A DNA stretch of 64,000 nt from Minisyncoccota bacterium (GTDB lineage: Bacteria > Patescibacteriota > Minisyncoccia > Phycocordibacterales > JBAYLF01), in contig JBAYLF010000005.1 of assembly GCA_041664205.1 (NCBI GenBank), positions 7,063 to 71,062 of the forward strand, written 5' to 3'. Positions 35,950 through 46,266 of this stretch are shown piece by piece. Numbering within the stretch: position 1 is the first letter of the stretch; each line of letters starts with the position of its first letter. The translations under genes were made by a program, and so were the position numbers. The notes under the pieces were generated by a model. The model was not told where the DNA came from, searched no databases, and was given only the letters and a program-made list of their open reading frames with translations.

Positions 35950-37764
35950 TTAATCAACTCTTGGGATTTTAACGGCGCCACTTGCACTACCTCCATTTCT
36001 TGCGCCTCCACCTCCAAACAAACTTGTGGCCGTTGTTGTTTTTGTTGTAGCTGAAGAAGCTGTGATTGTTTTGGTTACAATTTGATCACCTTCTTTAAGA
36101 CCTGAAATAATTTCAATTGATGTGTCGTCAGACAATCCTACTTCTACTGTTTGTTGTTTAGGTGCTGTTGCAGAAGGAGTTCCTTGAGTACCAGAAGTTG
36201 CGGTTAGTGCCGGAGAAAATATTTCAACATAAGATGTGCCATTTTGTGATTTTACAGCACTACTTGGAACTACAAGAACATCTTGTTTTGAATCTGTAAT
36301 GATTGAAGCAGACACACTCATTCCTGATTTTACTCTGTCATCTTGAGTATCAAAATTAATTTTTATGGCATATGTTACAACTCCTTGACTAACTGTGCCG
36401 ATTGAATCTACTTGAGATACTTGTCCGGCAATGCTTAGATCGGAAATGGCATCAAATGTTAATGTTGCTTTTTGTCCAACTTTCACTTTTGCAGCATCAA
36501 CTTCATTAAGTGATAGCTCCGCTATTTTTTGTTTAGTTACAAGAGTTGCGACAGAAGTTCCGCTTGATACTGAATCTAATGCTGTTATGTTTATTTTTGC
36601 AACGACGCCATCAAATGGAGCTCTGATGTAATAATTTGCAAGAGTGTCTTGAGCATCAAGAAGCGCATTTTCTCGTTGTTTAATAGAAAGTTCTGAAGAC
36701 TGTATATCTAATGTGTCGGCTCCAGCTTGAAGTTTTTTTAAAGATTCGGTTTTTTCTTGAATTGTAAGATCACTATTTGCGATTGAGTTTTTATCGTTTT
36801 TAATAGTGTTTATCATGTTTAAAAGCGATAACAAGTTCGAGTTTGCTTTACTTGTATATGTTCCAAGACTTGTTTGATCAGTGGTTAGTTGAGAAGGAAA
36901 ATTTCTATTGTGTGTTGTGAGCTGATCTTTTACAAAACTTAATAGGTCACTGCTGCTTTTTACTGATTCTGAAATTGATTTTGTTGTAGCATAAGTTTCG
37001 TTTAATAATTTTTCGATTGTTTGAGTGTCAGCATATCTACTGGTTGATTTATAGTCTAGAAAATTTTTATCATATGCAGTTCTGGCTGTTTGATAAGTTG
37101 ATGCTGCATTGTCTCTGTAGTTTGATACATTTGTATCCCAGCTTTGCACAAGGTCGTTGTAATATGAAATATTGCTCTGACTACTACTGTAGTCATTGTC
37201 ATAAAGCACTGATTGAACTCCTGTGATAACTGTTGGTAAATCTAGAAAGGCGTTTGAAATTGCAGTGAAGGCATCATCGTAGGCTTTGTTAAGATCGTCT
37301 TGTGCTTGTTTCTTTGATTGTTCCGCATTAGTAATAGCATTTTGAGCTTGAAGTAAAGAAAGTGTATCCGCAGGTTGTTTGGTTTTTTCAAGCGAAAGTT
37401 TTGCGCTATCAAGGTTTGCTTGAGCATCACGCACAGTTTTGTCTGCACTTGTTGTATCAAGTCTTGCAATCAATGTTCCAGATTTTACGCTTTGGCCTTC
37501 AAGGTTAGCAAGATAAACAACATCACCCGATGCTTTTGATTTTAATTCTACTGTGTTTGAAGCTGATACTTGACCGCTTCCTGTTACAGAAGAAATTATC
37601 GTTCCTTTTTTAACGGTATCTAAAACATAGCGTGTTTCTCCGCTAGTGCTTGTTAGTTTGTTATATGACCAATAGCTTCCGTAGACTAAAATAATAAGAA
37701 CGACGATGCTTATAATCTTATGTGCAATAGCGTAGGTTTTTATTTTTAAGAAAAGATTTTTCAT
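35950..37764 (-). CDS. Periplasmic adaptor (membrane fusion protein, HlyD/MacA-like) with an extended coiled-coil hairpin and a Gly-rich C-terminal tail
   Basis: N-terminal TM, biotinyl/lipoyl-like hairpin halves, long helical insert. 604 aa. Confidence 0.7.
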   Translation of the reverse strand: MKNLFLKIKTYAIAHKIISIVVLIILVYGSYWSYNKLTSTSGETRYVLDTVKKGTIISSVTGSGQVSASNTVELKSKASGDVVYLANLEGQSVKSGTLIARLDTTSADKTVRDAQANLDSAKLSLEKTKQPADTLSLLQAQNAITNAEQSKKQAQDDLNKAYDDAFTAISNAFLDLPTVITGVQSVLYDNDYSSSQSNISYYNDLVQSWDTNVSNYRDNAASTYQTARTAYDKNFLDYKSTSRYADTQTIEKLLNETYATTKSISESVKSSSDLLSFVKDQLTTHNRNFPSQLTTDQTSLGTYTSKANSNLLSLLNMINTIKNDKNSIANSDLTIQEKTESLKKLQAGADTLDIQSSELSIKQRENALLDAQDTLANYYIRAPFDGVVAKINITALDSVSSGTSVATLVTKQKIAELSLNEVDAAKVKVGQKATLTFDAISDLSIAGQVSQVDSIGTVSQGVVTYAIKINFDTQDDRVKSGMSVSASIITDSKQDVLVVPSSAVKSQNGTSYVEIFSPALTATSGTQGTPSATAPKQQTVEVGLSDDTSIEIISGLKEGDQIVTKTITASSATTKTTTATSLFGGGGARNGGSASGAVKIPRVD

Positions 37765-37787
37765 AATTTATTTATTAATTTAAAAAA

Positions 37788-38264
37788 TTATTTATTACGT
37801 GTACTTGTTCCCATTATTGGTGGAGTTGGTATGAGTCTGATAAGTTTTGCTTCGATTTGTGATTTACTATTAGGTTCTCCGACAACAACTATAGAATCGT
37901 TAATCTTAAGATTTTCTGGTTTTATTTTTTCTCTGAATTGATTGATTAAGGTATCGTCTGTTATAAGAACTATTTTTTCAATATTATCTGGTCCCAAAAC
38001 TATTATTGAAGGTAATTCAATTTTTATAATTTTTCCTATTGCTCCGTGAGATGTTGGAAAATCATCTCCCATAGGTGAATTCATCATAGGTTCTCTATGA
38101 GGATTTCCGAATGTTTGATAATAGTTATTTCCCCACATGTATGAAAATTCTGCTTTTTTGTAACCAACAAATTCTCCTGCTTGAAAAACAACAAGAATTA
38201 AAACTAATACTCCTACGCAATAAATGATTATTTTAAATTTTTTTGATTCAAAGATTTCTTTCAT
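37788..38264 (-). CDS. Membrane-anchored hypothetical protein (158 aa)
   Basis: Single N-terminal TM. Positioned between the anti-sigma-like gene and the MFP gene. Confidence 0.45.
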   Translation of the reverse strand: MKEIFESKKFKIIIYCVGVLVLILVVFQAGEFVGYKKAEFSYMWGNNYYQTFGNPHREPMMNSPMGDDFPTSHGAIGKIIKIELPSIIVLGPDNIEKIVLITDDTLINQFREKIKPENLKINDSIVVVGEPNSKSQIEAKLIRLIPTPPIMGTSTRNK

Positions 38265-38294
38265 GATAATTTAATTAATTTTTATTAAAGATTA

Positions 38295-38717
38295 TTAAGC
38301 TGGTCGACTTGATAAAAATAATACCTTAGTATTTTTTTCAACAAATTTTAATGAGCCGAGCATTACGAATATTACCGAAAGTAATGCTGCAAAGCCTAAT
38401 ATTGGAAGAGACTCAACTAGTGATAGTGCGATTTCTTTCCAATAGCTCAAAATCAATGTTCCTTCCGATAAAAGTGAAAGGTATTGATAAAATCCTGATT
38501 GACTAAATCCGATCATTAAATATTGATATGCAGGAACAATAAGAACTAAAGAAACTAAAGTCACAGATGAAAAGAAGGCTAATTGTATAATTGCTTGTCT
38601 TCTTTGTGCGATTTCAATTCTGTGTAAAATAGCAGAAAATAACAGAGGTGAAGGTTCCGCCTGTTTTAAATCTGCAAACAATTCTTCATATTTTTTATCC
38701 ATATTGTCCATATACAT
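38295..38717 (-). CDS. Putative anti-sigma factor (membrane protein downstream of the ECF sigma)
   Basis: Cytoplasmic N-terminal helix followed by TM segments. Gene order is sigma then anti-sigma. No sequence family assigned. Confidence 0.4.
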   Translation of the reverse strand: MYMDNMDKKYEELFADLKQAEPSPLLFSAILHRIEIAQRRQAIIQLAFFSSVTLVSLVLIVPAYQYLMIGFSQSGFYQYLSLLSEGTLILSYWKEIALSLVESLPILGFAALLSVIFVMLGSLKFVEKNTKVLFLSSRPA

Positions 38718-38759
38718 ATACTTATACGAAAAAGACTTGTGTTTTGGTGCTTTTTCGAC

Positions 38760-39359
38760 TTAATTAATAATTTTTTGTATTTTTTGTTTGTCTATGATTT
38801 TTCTAAGCATTATAAGTGCTCGTCTATGCTGGCTTTTTACTGTATCTGTGGATTTGTTTAGTATTTTCCCCATATCGCTGAAAGTCAGCTGTTCGTTGTA
38901 ATGAAGGAAAAGTATTTCCTGATAAAGAGGCGATAGTTGTTTTAGTAAATCTTCTATAAGTTTTTTATCTTCAATTATTGCAATCAGTTCATCTGATAAT
39001 GGTTCCGGATCGGTAATATTTTCTTCAAAAGTATTGCTGCCGTCTTTGTTCTCAAAATCGGAAAATGTGAGATTTTTCTTTTTACGCAGCCAGTCTATTG
39101 TTGTATTTCTTGCGATAGTGAAGATCCAAGTTTTAAAATTTTCTCCCTTTCTATATTTTTTGATATTTTTCCATACTTTCAAAAAAGTTTCTTGGGTTAT
39201 ATCTTCGGATTCTTGAGTATTTTTCGTTAGACGAAAAATAAAATTATAAATAGGTTTTAAGTAATCTTTAACAAGTTCTGAAAATGCTTCATTGTCTCCA
39301 TTTAAGTAGTCAATGATAAGTTGCTCATCATTTTCTTGATTGTTTTTAATAAGTACCAT
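38760..39359 (-). CDS. RNA polymerase ECF-type sigma-70 factor
   Basis: Region 2 DITQETFLKVWKNIKKY and region 4 helix-turn-helix LSPLYQEILFLHYNEQLTFSDMGKIL. Confidence 0.85.
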   Translation of the reverse strand: MVLIKNNQENDEQLIIDYLNGDNEAFSELVKDYLKPIYNFIFRLTKNTQESEDITQETFLKVWKNIKKYRKGENFKTWIFTIARNTTIDWLRKKKNLTFSDFENKDGSNTFEENITDPEPLSDELIAIIEDKKLIEDLLKQLSPLYQEILFLHYNEQLTFSDMGKILNKSTDTVKSQHRRALIMLRKIIDKQKIQKIIN

Positions 39360-39477
39360 ATTTGGATTTTTTATTTATACCATTAAATTTGATAACGGTC
39401 TAACTAGAGTAATTTTTGTTTGACTCATATTCTGCGCAGTCATATAATATGCATTATTATCAAATTAGAAATATTTT

Positions 39478-39711
39478 ATGAAAAAAATTACTATTTATTC
39501 AACTCCAACTTGTGTTTATTGCAAAATAGCAAAAGATTTTTTTAAGGCTCATGATCTAACTTACACAGAAAAAAATGTTCTTGCAGATCCAGCGTCTAGA
39601 AAAGAAGCAGTTGATAAGTCTGGCCAGATGGGTGTTCCTGTTATAGATATAGAAGGAAAGATAATTGTTGGTTTTAATGAAGATCAGATCTCTAAAGAGC
39701 TCGGAATATAA
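39478..39711 (+). CDS. Glutaredoxin/NrdH-like thiol-disulfide redoxin (77 aa)
   Basis: CVYC active-site CxxC in an ITIYSTPTCVYCKIAK context. Confidence 0.75.
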   Translation: MKKITIYSTPTCVYCKIAKDFFKAHDLTYTEKNVLADPASRKEAVDKSGQMGVPVIDIEGKIIVGFNEDQISKELGI

Positions 39712-39713
39712 TT

Positions 39714-40475
39714 ATGACTCAAAAAAATTCTTCCTGGGACAGCGTTTCTGAATGGTATGACGAATATTTGGAAGTTTCTGAAGATAGTTTTCAGAAAAAA
39801 GTTATACTACCCAATATTTTAAGGATTATTGATATTAAAAAGGGAGATAAAGTTCTTGATCTTGCTTGCGGACAAGGTTTTTTTTCCAGAGAATTTTATA
39901 ATGCAGGCGCAGAAGTATCGGGTGTAGACATTTCTCCTAAATTAATAGAAATAGCAAAAACAAAATCTCCAAAAGATGTAAGGTTTGAAGTTGCTTCAGC
40001 AGACAAGCTGTCTTTTATTAAAGACGGCTCTTTTGATCGAGCCGTTATAATTTTAGCTCTTCAAAATATTGAAAATTTAAATGGCGTAATAGGAGAGTGT
40101 TCCAGAGTTTTGAAAAAAGGCGGAAGATTTATTTTTGTGCTTAATCATCCAGTTTTTAGATTACCTAAAAAATCCAGCTGGGGCTGGGATGATGAAAATA
40201 AAATTCAGTATCGTCGCTTAGATAGCTATCTTAGTGAATATAGTTCGCAAATAGAAATGCATCCAGGAGAAAGATCAAAAGAACACACGATAAGTTTTCA
40301 CAGATCGCTCCAAGTGTATTTAAAAGCTCTTATAAAAAATGGTTTTTGTCTAACTAATTTTGAAGAGTGGATCTCTCACAAAAAAAGCGAACCAGGACCT
40401 CGTGCTAAGTCTGAAGATACTGCTAGAAAGGAATTTCCGATGTTTTTATGCATCGGAGCGACTAAGCTACTATAG
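39714..40475 (+). CDS. Class I SAM-dependent methyltransferase
   Basis: Motif I VLDLACGQGFF. Motif post-II GGRFIFV. Confidence 0.8.
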   Translation: MTQKNSSWDSVSEWYDEYLEVSEDSFQKKVILPNILRIIDIKKGDKVLDLACGQGFFSREFYNAGAEVSGVDISPKLIEIAKTKSPKDVRFEVASADKLSFIKDGSFDRAVIILALQNIENLNGVIGECSRVLKKGGRFIFVLNHPVFRLPKKSSWGWDDENKIQYRRLDSYLSEYSSQIEMHPGERSKEHTISFHRSLQVYLKALIKNGFCLTNFEEWISHKKSEPGPRAKSEDTARKEFPMFLCIGATKLL

Positions 40476-40534
40476 CTTTGATTAGGCGCTAGTTTTTTAA
40501 ATAATCTGGAGTATTATTTACACAGAGGTGATTT

Positions 40535-41278
40535 ATGTTTGATCCTATTACTTTTAATTCGCCATTGAGAAGTTTTCTTTTAAAATCAAAAGAAGCTTTG
40601 GATCTAAAAGAACAAATTAGTGTTGTTCGTGATGCTATTGTATTTACAAAGCAACATTTCAAAGGATATTTAAGATTCTATTCTATACGAAATATTCTTT
40701 TTCAGCTGAATAATTTACCATTTCTTTATATTAATGATAATGATACTCAGTTTTATCGCGTTAAAACTGAATTAAGGCAAGCTGATATCGGAGAGATTTC
40801 TTATGATACACTTTGCTTGTTTCTTACCATTAATGATGATTCTAAGGTTTCTGAAAAAATTAAATGTGACGGAATAATATCACTTCAAAATGAAGGATTG
40901 CTGTCTCATTTTATTTTATTGACTGATGACGGAAGGTTAATTTATTGGAGAGCTAGGTTTAAATTTGTTCCCAGGGACGATCTGCGAGTTCGAGAATGCA
41001 AAGAAGCAGTGTCCGAGATTTTTCAAAAACCTGCAAACTTTACACCTAATGAATGTGTAGAAATTATCTTTAACACACTTTATTGTCCGGAAGAAAGAAG
41101 GGATAGAAGGTGTAAGTGGAGTTATTTTCACCATCACATAGAACTTGCCAATGAATTTGGAGTGATAGATGATTTTGCACTTTGGGAATTGTTCAATAAA
41201 AATCAGTTCATCGCATTTGATATTGTAAGCAAATTAGATATTTATCTGCTTAAAGCAGAACATAGAAAAATTCGTTAA
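40535..41278 (+). CDS. Hypothetical protein (247 aa)
   Basis: Clean ORF ending at a terminator. No recognisable motifs. Confidence 0.45.
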   Translation: MFDPITFNSPLRSFLLKSKEALDLKEQISVVRDAIVFTKQHFKGYLRFYSIRNILFQLNNLPFLYINDNDTQFYRVKTELRQADIGEISYDTLCLFLTINDDSKVSEKIKCDGIISLQNEGLLSHFILLTDDGRLIYWRARFKFVPRDDLRVRECKEAVSEIFQKPANFTPNECVEIIFNTLYCPEERRDRRCKWSYFHHHIELANEFGVIDDFALWELFNKNQFIAFDIVSKLDIYLLKAEHRKIR

Positions 41279-41283
41279 TTTAA

Positions 41284-41362
41284 AACAGCAGACATATTTA
41301 GTCCGCTGTTTTTTATTTTGTATTAAAAATAAAAACGAGGATTAATTAATCCTCGTTTTTAA
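41284..41362. terminator. Two consecutive terminator hairpins (CAGCAGAC...GTCCGCTG+T6, then the palindrome ACGAGGATTAATTAATCCTCGT+T5) between convergent hypothetical genes
   Basis: Inverted repeats read directly. The second is a perfect 22-bp palindrome. Confidence 0.6.
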
Positions 41363-41392
41363 ATTTTTAAAAAAGATCTTATCATTTTTTAT

Positions 41393-41932
41393 CTAAAGTT
41401 TAACCGGAATTACTATATATTCAGGATCTAGCCAAATAGTATTCAGGTCATCTGCAATTTCAGGAACATCTTTTACATCAAAAATACAATGCCACGCGCT
41501 GTGTTTTTTCGCACATCTTTTTTTAGAAATATTATTGTTATGGCGCCTCTCTTTTTTTACTTCTTTAAAGAGATATCTAGGCCTTCTGTGGTGCTTAGTG
41601 CTTTTCGGTTCTGCTTCTTCATCGCTCTTAGCTTCTCGGCGTTTAATGAAATCTTGCAAAATATCTGGATCGATTCTGTCTTTTTCTATTGAAAGAGGAT
41701 TGGCATCTTTTCCATATTCTTTTAAAAAATCTTCTTTCGTCATTAAAATTAAAATATATAGAAGATCGAGAAAAGGCTCATTTATTTCATCTATGACTTG
41801 TAAAGGATCTTTATTGCCAAAGTTTATATACCAAGCTTTTTTCTTGTTTAGATTAACCCAAGAGGTATTTTTTTTGCTTTTATCTCCCCCTAATTTTAAG
41901 GGTTTTCTATAGTGAGGCACTTCGTCGTTCAC
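41393..41932 (-). CDS. Basic hypothetical protein (179 aa)
   Basis: ORF with lysine/arginine-rich segments. No family assigned. Confidence 0.45.
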   Translation of the reverse strand: MNDEVPHYRKPLKLGGDKSKKNTSWVNLNKKKAWYINFGNKDPLQVIDEINEPFLDLLYILILMTKEDFLKEYGKDANPLSIEKDRIDPDILQDFIKRREAKSDEEAEPKSTKHHRRPRYLFKEVKKERRHNNNISKKRCAKKHSAWHCIFDVKDVPEIADDLNTIWLDPEYIVIPVKL

Positions 41933-42090
41933 GTGTTCATCCTTTCTTTGTGAGTTGTCCCTGTGTTTTTATGTGAATTTTTTAAAGATCAAAATGTTGA
42001 CTACATTATATACTGATAAAAAAATTAAGTAAATTTATTAGCCAATAACTTCTAAAGACATCATTATTATAGTGTGTTATTATTTAGGTT

Positions 42091-42561
42091 ATGAAAAACA
42101 AGAAAATATTTACTGTAATTTTATTAATGATTATTGCTTTAGTCGGCTTTTCTGTTTTTGTTTGTTTTAAAAAAGATCAGGTTGAGGTAATGCCAGTTTT
42201 AAATACTAATATTAAAGACGTGGGAAATTCAGTAGAACATTCTGACTTGATCAGAGTTGGTGCACCAAAAGCAAATGATGTTATTAAAAGCCCCTTAATT
42301 ATTTCCGGAGAGGCTAGAGGAACCTGGTATTTTGAAGCGAGTTTTCCTGTGAAATTAATCGATGCTAATGGAAATGTTGTTGCTAGTGTGCCAGCTCAAG
42401 CTCAAGGCGAGTGGATGACGGAGAATTTTGTGCCTTTTAAAGCAGAACTAAAATTTAATATACCTTCCACTGATTATGGCACACTGATTTTAGAAAAAGA
42501 TAATCCGTCAGGATTGCCTGAAAATAATGATGAAATAATAATTCCTATTAGATTTAAGTAG
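42091..42561 (+). CDS. Membrane-anchored Gmad2-like immunoglobulin-like domain protein
   Basis: N-terminal TM. ISGEARGTWYFEASFPVKLIDANGNVVA...GEW...F resembles Gmad2/GerMN-type Ig-like domains. Confidence 0.45.
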   Translation: MKNKKIFTVILLMIIALVGFSVFVCFKKDQVEVMPVLNTNIKDVGNSVEHSDLIRVGAPKANDVIKSPLIISGEARGTWYFEASFPVKLIDANGNVVASVPAQAQGEWMTENFVPFKAELKFNIPSTDYGTLILEKDNPSGLPENNDEIIIPIRFK

Positions 42562-42606
42562 AACTTATTACTATTTGTTTATCTATTTATATTGTAAAAT
42601 AATTTT

Positions 42607-43542
42607 ATGATCAATATGGTCAAAAAAATTATTGTTATCATTCTCGTCCTATTTTTTGTAAGAGGAATTGTTTTCTATTGGAATGATGTTGGATTTTCTT
42701 CGATATTTTCAACAAATAGTGATTTAGCTATTATAAAAGATGATATTTCAAAATTAAATAATGATATTTCTAGCACGACAAATAAATTTTTTGGACAAAA
42801 TTTAGAAAAGATAAAATCTCAAATTTTTACTCCTTCTCCTCTAAAATCTACTTCAAAAGATGAAACCAACAATTCAGCAGTTCTTACACAGCAAGGCGTT
42901 CTAGATTCGACAAATAAAGCTAGAATTGATAATAAAGAGAAATCTCTTACGTTTAATAAAACATTAAATGCTATTGCTCTAAAAAAGACGAATGATATGT
43001 TTGAAAAAGGATATTTTGAACACATATCGCCATCTGGAGTAGGAGTTTCCGATTTAGCCAAAGAAGCAGGCTACGAGTATGTTATTTTAGGAGAAAATCT
43101 TGCTTCCGGAGATTTTAAAGACGATGAAGCTTTAGTTGATGCTTGGATGGCAAGTCCTGGGCATCGCGCAAACATTTTAAATTCACGTTTCCAAGAGATA
43201 GGTATTGCTGTTAAGAAAGGAAAATTTAAAGGTGAAGATGTGTGGCTCGCAGTTCAAACATTCGGCACTCCGCTTTCCGCATGCCCCGCAGTTGATCAGA
43301 GTTTAAAAATGACAATTGAGAATAATACTAAAATTATCAGTGATATGGAAAAACAATTACAGATCGTAAAAAATAATATAGACAAACTTACTTCGAATGA
43401 TAAGCAAACAAATAGCCAGATGCTCGATTTGTATAATCAGTTAGTTGCAAAATATAACGATCTAGTAAATGAAACAAAAATTAAGGTTTCAACGTATAAT
43501 AAAGAGGTCAAAGAATTTAATTCTTGTGTCGGATCTAATTAA
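42607..43542 (+). CDS. CAP/SCP (PR-1-like) domain protein with N-terminal TM and C-terminal coiled coil
   Basis: GYFEHISPSG ... WMASPGHRANIL matches the bacterial CAP-domain consensus. Confidence 0.7.
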   Translation: MINMVKKIIVIILVLFFVRGIVFYWNDVGFSSIFSTNSDLAIIKDDISKLNNDISSTTNKFFGQNLEKIKSQIFTPSPLKSTSKDETNNSAVLTQQGVLDSTNKARIDNKEKSLTFNKTLNAIALKKTNDMFEKGYFEHISPSGVGVSDLAKEAGYEYVILGENLASGDFKDDEALVDAWMASPGHRANILNSRFQEIGIAVKKGKFKGEDVWLAVQTFGTPLSACPAVDQSLKMTIENNTKIISDMEKQLQIVKNNIDKLTSNDKQTNSQMLDLYNQLVAKYNDLVNETKIKVSTYNKEVKEFNSCVGSN

Positions 43543-43569
43543 AAAAATTTAAAATTAAAAATCAAAAAT

Positions 43570-44799
43570 ATGAACTATCTAACATCATTAACGAATTCTC
43601 TATTACAAGTAGATATTCAAAAGATCTGGGAATTTATGCCAGTAGTGCTTTCTAATATCCAAGTTAAAGATATTTTCGACATAGTTGTCGTAGCATTTTT
43701 TATTTACCTTATATTTTTGTTTATAAAACAAACGCGATCATTCTCTGTTCTTTTTGGCACTTTTTTACTTTTTATCTTGTATTATCTTTCCGTGGTTTTT
43801 AATTTGGTGCTGACTAGGCAATTCTTTCAGCAGATAGTTACTTTCTTATTGGTTATTTTTATTATTGTTTTTCAAAGAGAAATCCGTCGCTTCTTTCAAT
43901 GGTCATTTGCTTCCAGAGGACCAATTTATAATCAACTTCGTTTGGAACAAACCTCAACCGAAATTTCTGAACCGATAGTTACCGTCGCTATGGAAATGGC
44001 TCACAAAAGAATTGGAGCAATAATGGTATTAACAGGGGATTATCCTTTAGGTGATTTAATGGAGGGGGGTTTTGCACTAGATGGAATGGTTTCTGTTCCT
44101 ATACTTTTAAGTATTTTTGATTCAAATTCTCCTGGGCATGATGGAGCTGTTATTCTTGAAGATGGGCTTATAAAAAGATATGGAGTTCATTTACCATTAG
44201 CAGAGAATTTTAAGGGGATTACAAAAGTTGGAACACGTCATAGAGCGGCCGCTGGAATAACAGAAAGAACAGATGCTTTAGCAATTGTAGTTTCTGAAGA
44301 GAGAGGTGAAGTATCGATTATGGAAGATGGACAAATGACCGTTATTAACGATAGAGATAAATTATTTGAAATAGTAAAAAAATTCCTAAAAGAAAATATT
44401 GATGAGCCAAAAAGTTTTTGGAGTTATTTCTTTGCAAAAAACTTTTTGGAAAAAGTTTTTGCTATTTTGTTAGCTATTGTTCTATGGTTTTCATTTGCGT
44501 TTCAAACTGGTGTTGTAAATCAAGATTTTTCTATTCCCGTTGAATATCAATTTTTATCTAACAATTATGTAATTTCTGATACTAGCACTAAGGAGATAAA
44601 GGTTACCTTGGCTGGAAGCAATAAAGATTTTAACACTGCTACCGACGAATCTGTTAAGGTTGTGGTTGATCTTAAAGATAGAACCGATGGAACTTATAAG
44701 ATACCTATTGGTGAAGAAAATATTTTACATCCTTCTTACTTTAATTTTGTTGATGTAAATCCTAAATACGTCTGGGTTACGGTAAAGAATAGTCAATAA
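43570..44799 (+). CDS. cdaA: Diadenylate cyclase CdaA (3 TM + DAC domain) fused to a C-terminal TM and YbbR-like domain
   Basis: DAC motifs DGAVIL and GTRHRAAAGITE...VSEERGEVS. C-terminal beta-rich repeats (KVTLAGSNKD...VKVVVDLKD) resemble the YbbR/CdaR domain. Confidence 0.75.
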   Translation: MNYLTSLTNSLLQVDIQKIWEFMPVVLSNIQVKDIFDIVVVAFFIYLIFLFIKQTRSFSVLFGTFLLFILYYLSVVFNLVLTRQFFQQIVTFLLVIFIIVFQREIRRFFQWSFASRGPIYNQLRLEQTSTEISEPIVTVAMEMAHKRIGAIMVLTGDYPLGDLMEGGFALDGMVSVPILLSIFDSNSPGHDGAVILEDGLIKRYGVHLPLAENFKGITKVGTRHRAAAGITERTDALAIVVSEERGEVSIMEDGQMTVINDRDKLFEIVKKFLKENIDEPKSFWSYFFAKNFLEKVFAILLAIVLWFSFAFQTGVVNQDFSIPVEYQFLSNNYVISDTSTKEIKVTLAGSNKDFNTATDESVKVVVDLKDRTDGTYKIPIGEENILHPSYFNFVDVNPKYVWVTVKNSQ

Positions 44800-44812
44800 A
44801 ATAAGGAAACTA

Positions 44813-44842
44813 AAAACACCGACTAATTGTCGGTGTTTTTTA
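44813..44842. terminator. Bidirectional terminator AAAACACCGAC-taatt-GTCGGTGTTTTTT
   Basis: 11-bp perfect stem between convergent cdaA and cysS. Confidence 0.7.
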
Positions 44843-44850
44843 TTGAATCG

Positions 44851-46251
44851 TTATATTTTTTTGATCTTTAAATCTTCTCCTGACGAGTTATCTTCAACTT
44901 CATATCCAAGATTTTTTATTTCTTCGCGTAGTGAATCGGCTTTTGACCAGTCTTTGTTTTTTCTGGCTTCTTCTCTTTCTTCTGCGAGCTTTTTTATTTC
45001 TTCAGGAATTTCTTCAACTGAAGCAGCTTTCTTTTCTGCTTCTACTTTTATATTAAGTCCTAGCGCCAGATCAAAATAATCTAGCGTGGCTTTTTTATCA
45101 GCTGGAGATATGTTGTCATCTTTTATTAATTCCCAAAGCAACGCGATGGCTTGTGGGGTGTCGAAATCATTATTTATATGTTCTAGGAATTTTTCAGAAT
45201 AATTTTTATCAGCAGTTCCCGCTGTGTCGCCGAGAGAACTGTAAGTATTTAGCAATTTATCAAATGCTTTTTGCGCACCTTCTACTGCTTCCCATGTGAA
45301 GTTTGCAGGAGTGCTGTAATGGCTTGTAAGAAGCCAATAGCGATAGGCGAGAGGATTCAAACCTTTTTCCTCTAGATCTTTAATATAAAATTCATTATGA
45401 AGGGATTTTGCGAAACGCTGACCTTCGACTGTTATGAAGTTTGCGTGTATCCAATAGTGAACGAAAGGCTTTCCGGTAGCAGCTTCACTTTGAGCGATTT
45501 CGTTATTATGATGAACAGGAATATGATCTATTCCTCCAGTATGAATATCAAAAGTTTCTCCCAGATATTTCATACTCATTGACGAACATTCGATGTGCCA
45601 GCCAGGGAAACCTTTTCCCCAAGGAGAATCCCAACCTAGTTTTTCGTTGAATTTCCAAACAGCAAAGTCGGTATGATGTTTTTTTTCTGGGTTTGCTACT
45701 ACTCGCGCGCCTTCCTTAAGTTTTTCGATATTTATATTTCCAAGTTTTCCATATCCTTCAAATTTAAAAGTATCAAAATAAACTCCGTCACTTGTTTTGT
45801 AAGCGAAGCCTTTTTCCTCAAGTCGTTTTATAAGTTCGATGTTGTCGGAAATATGTTCACTTGCTTTTGATATTATGTCTGGAATTTCAATATTTAATTT
45901 TTTAGTATCTTTTGCGAATGCTTCTGCATAAAAATCTGCCACCTCTTTCATCGCTTCCAATGTGAGCGGTTTTCCTTCGCGTTTCAATGCAAGGGTCATC
46001 TTGTCCTCGCCTTCATCTGAGTCTGAAGTGAGGTGTCCGACATCGGTGATGTTCATTACTTGCTTAACCTGATATTTATTTATTTCAAAAACTCGCCTTA
46101 TTGTGTCGGCAAAAACGTACGCTCTAAGATTGCCAATATGAGCGTAGTTATAAACAGTAGGTCCGCAATGATACATATAAACAAACCCGGGTTTAACGGG
46201 TTCGAATACTTCGACTTTCTTTGTTAATGTATTGTGAATTTTTATGTCCAT
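44851..46251 (-). CDS. cysS: Cysteinyl-tRNA synthetase
   Basis: HIGN (HIGH) motif. KMSMK (KMSKS-type). Cysteine-binding CGPTVY. 466 aa. Confidence 0.9.
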   Translation of the reverse strand: MDIKIHNTLTKKVEVFEPVKPGFVYMYHCGPTVYNYAHIGNLRAYVFADTIRRVFEINKYQVKQVMNITDVGHLTSDSDEGEDKMTLALKREGKPLTLEAMKEVADFYAEAFAKDTKKLNIEIPDIISKASEHISDNIELIKRLEEKGFAYKTSDGVYFDTFKFEGYGKLGNINIEKLKEGARVVANPEKKHHTDFAVWKFNEKLGWDSPWGKGFPGWHIECSSMSMKYLGETFDIHTGGIDHIPVHHNNEIAQSEAATGKPFVHYWIHANFITVEGQRFAKSLHNEFYIKDLEEKGLNPLAYRYWLLTSHYSTPANFTWEAVEGAQKAFDKLLNTYSSLGDTAGTADKNYSEKFLEHINNDFDTPQAIALLWELIKDDNISPADKKATLDYFDLALGLNIKVEAEKKAASVEEIPEEIKKLAEEREEARKNKDWSKADSLREEIKNLGYEVEDNSSGEDLKIKKI

Positions 46252-46266
46252 TATTTCGCTATTGTT

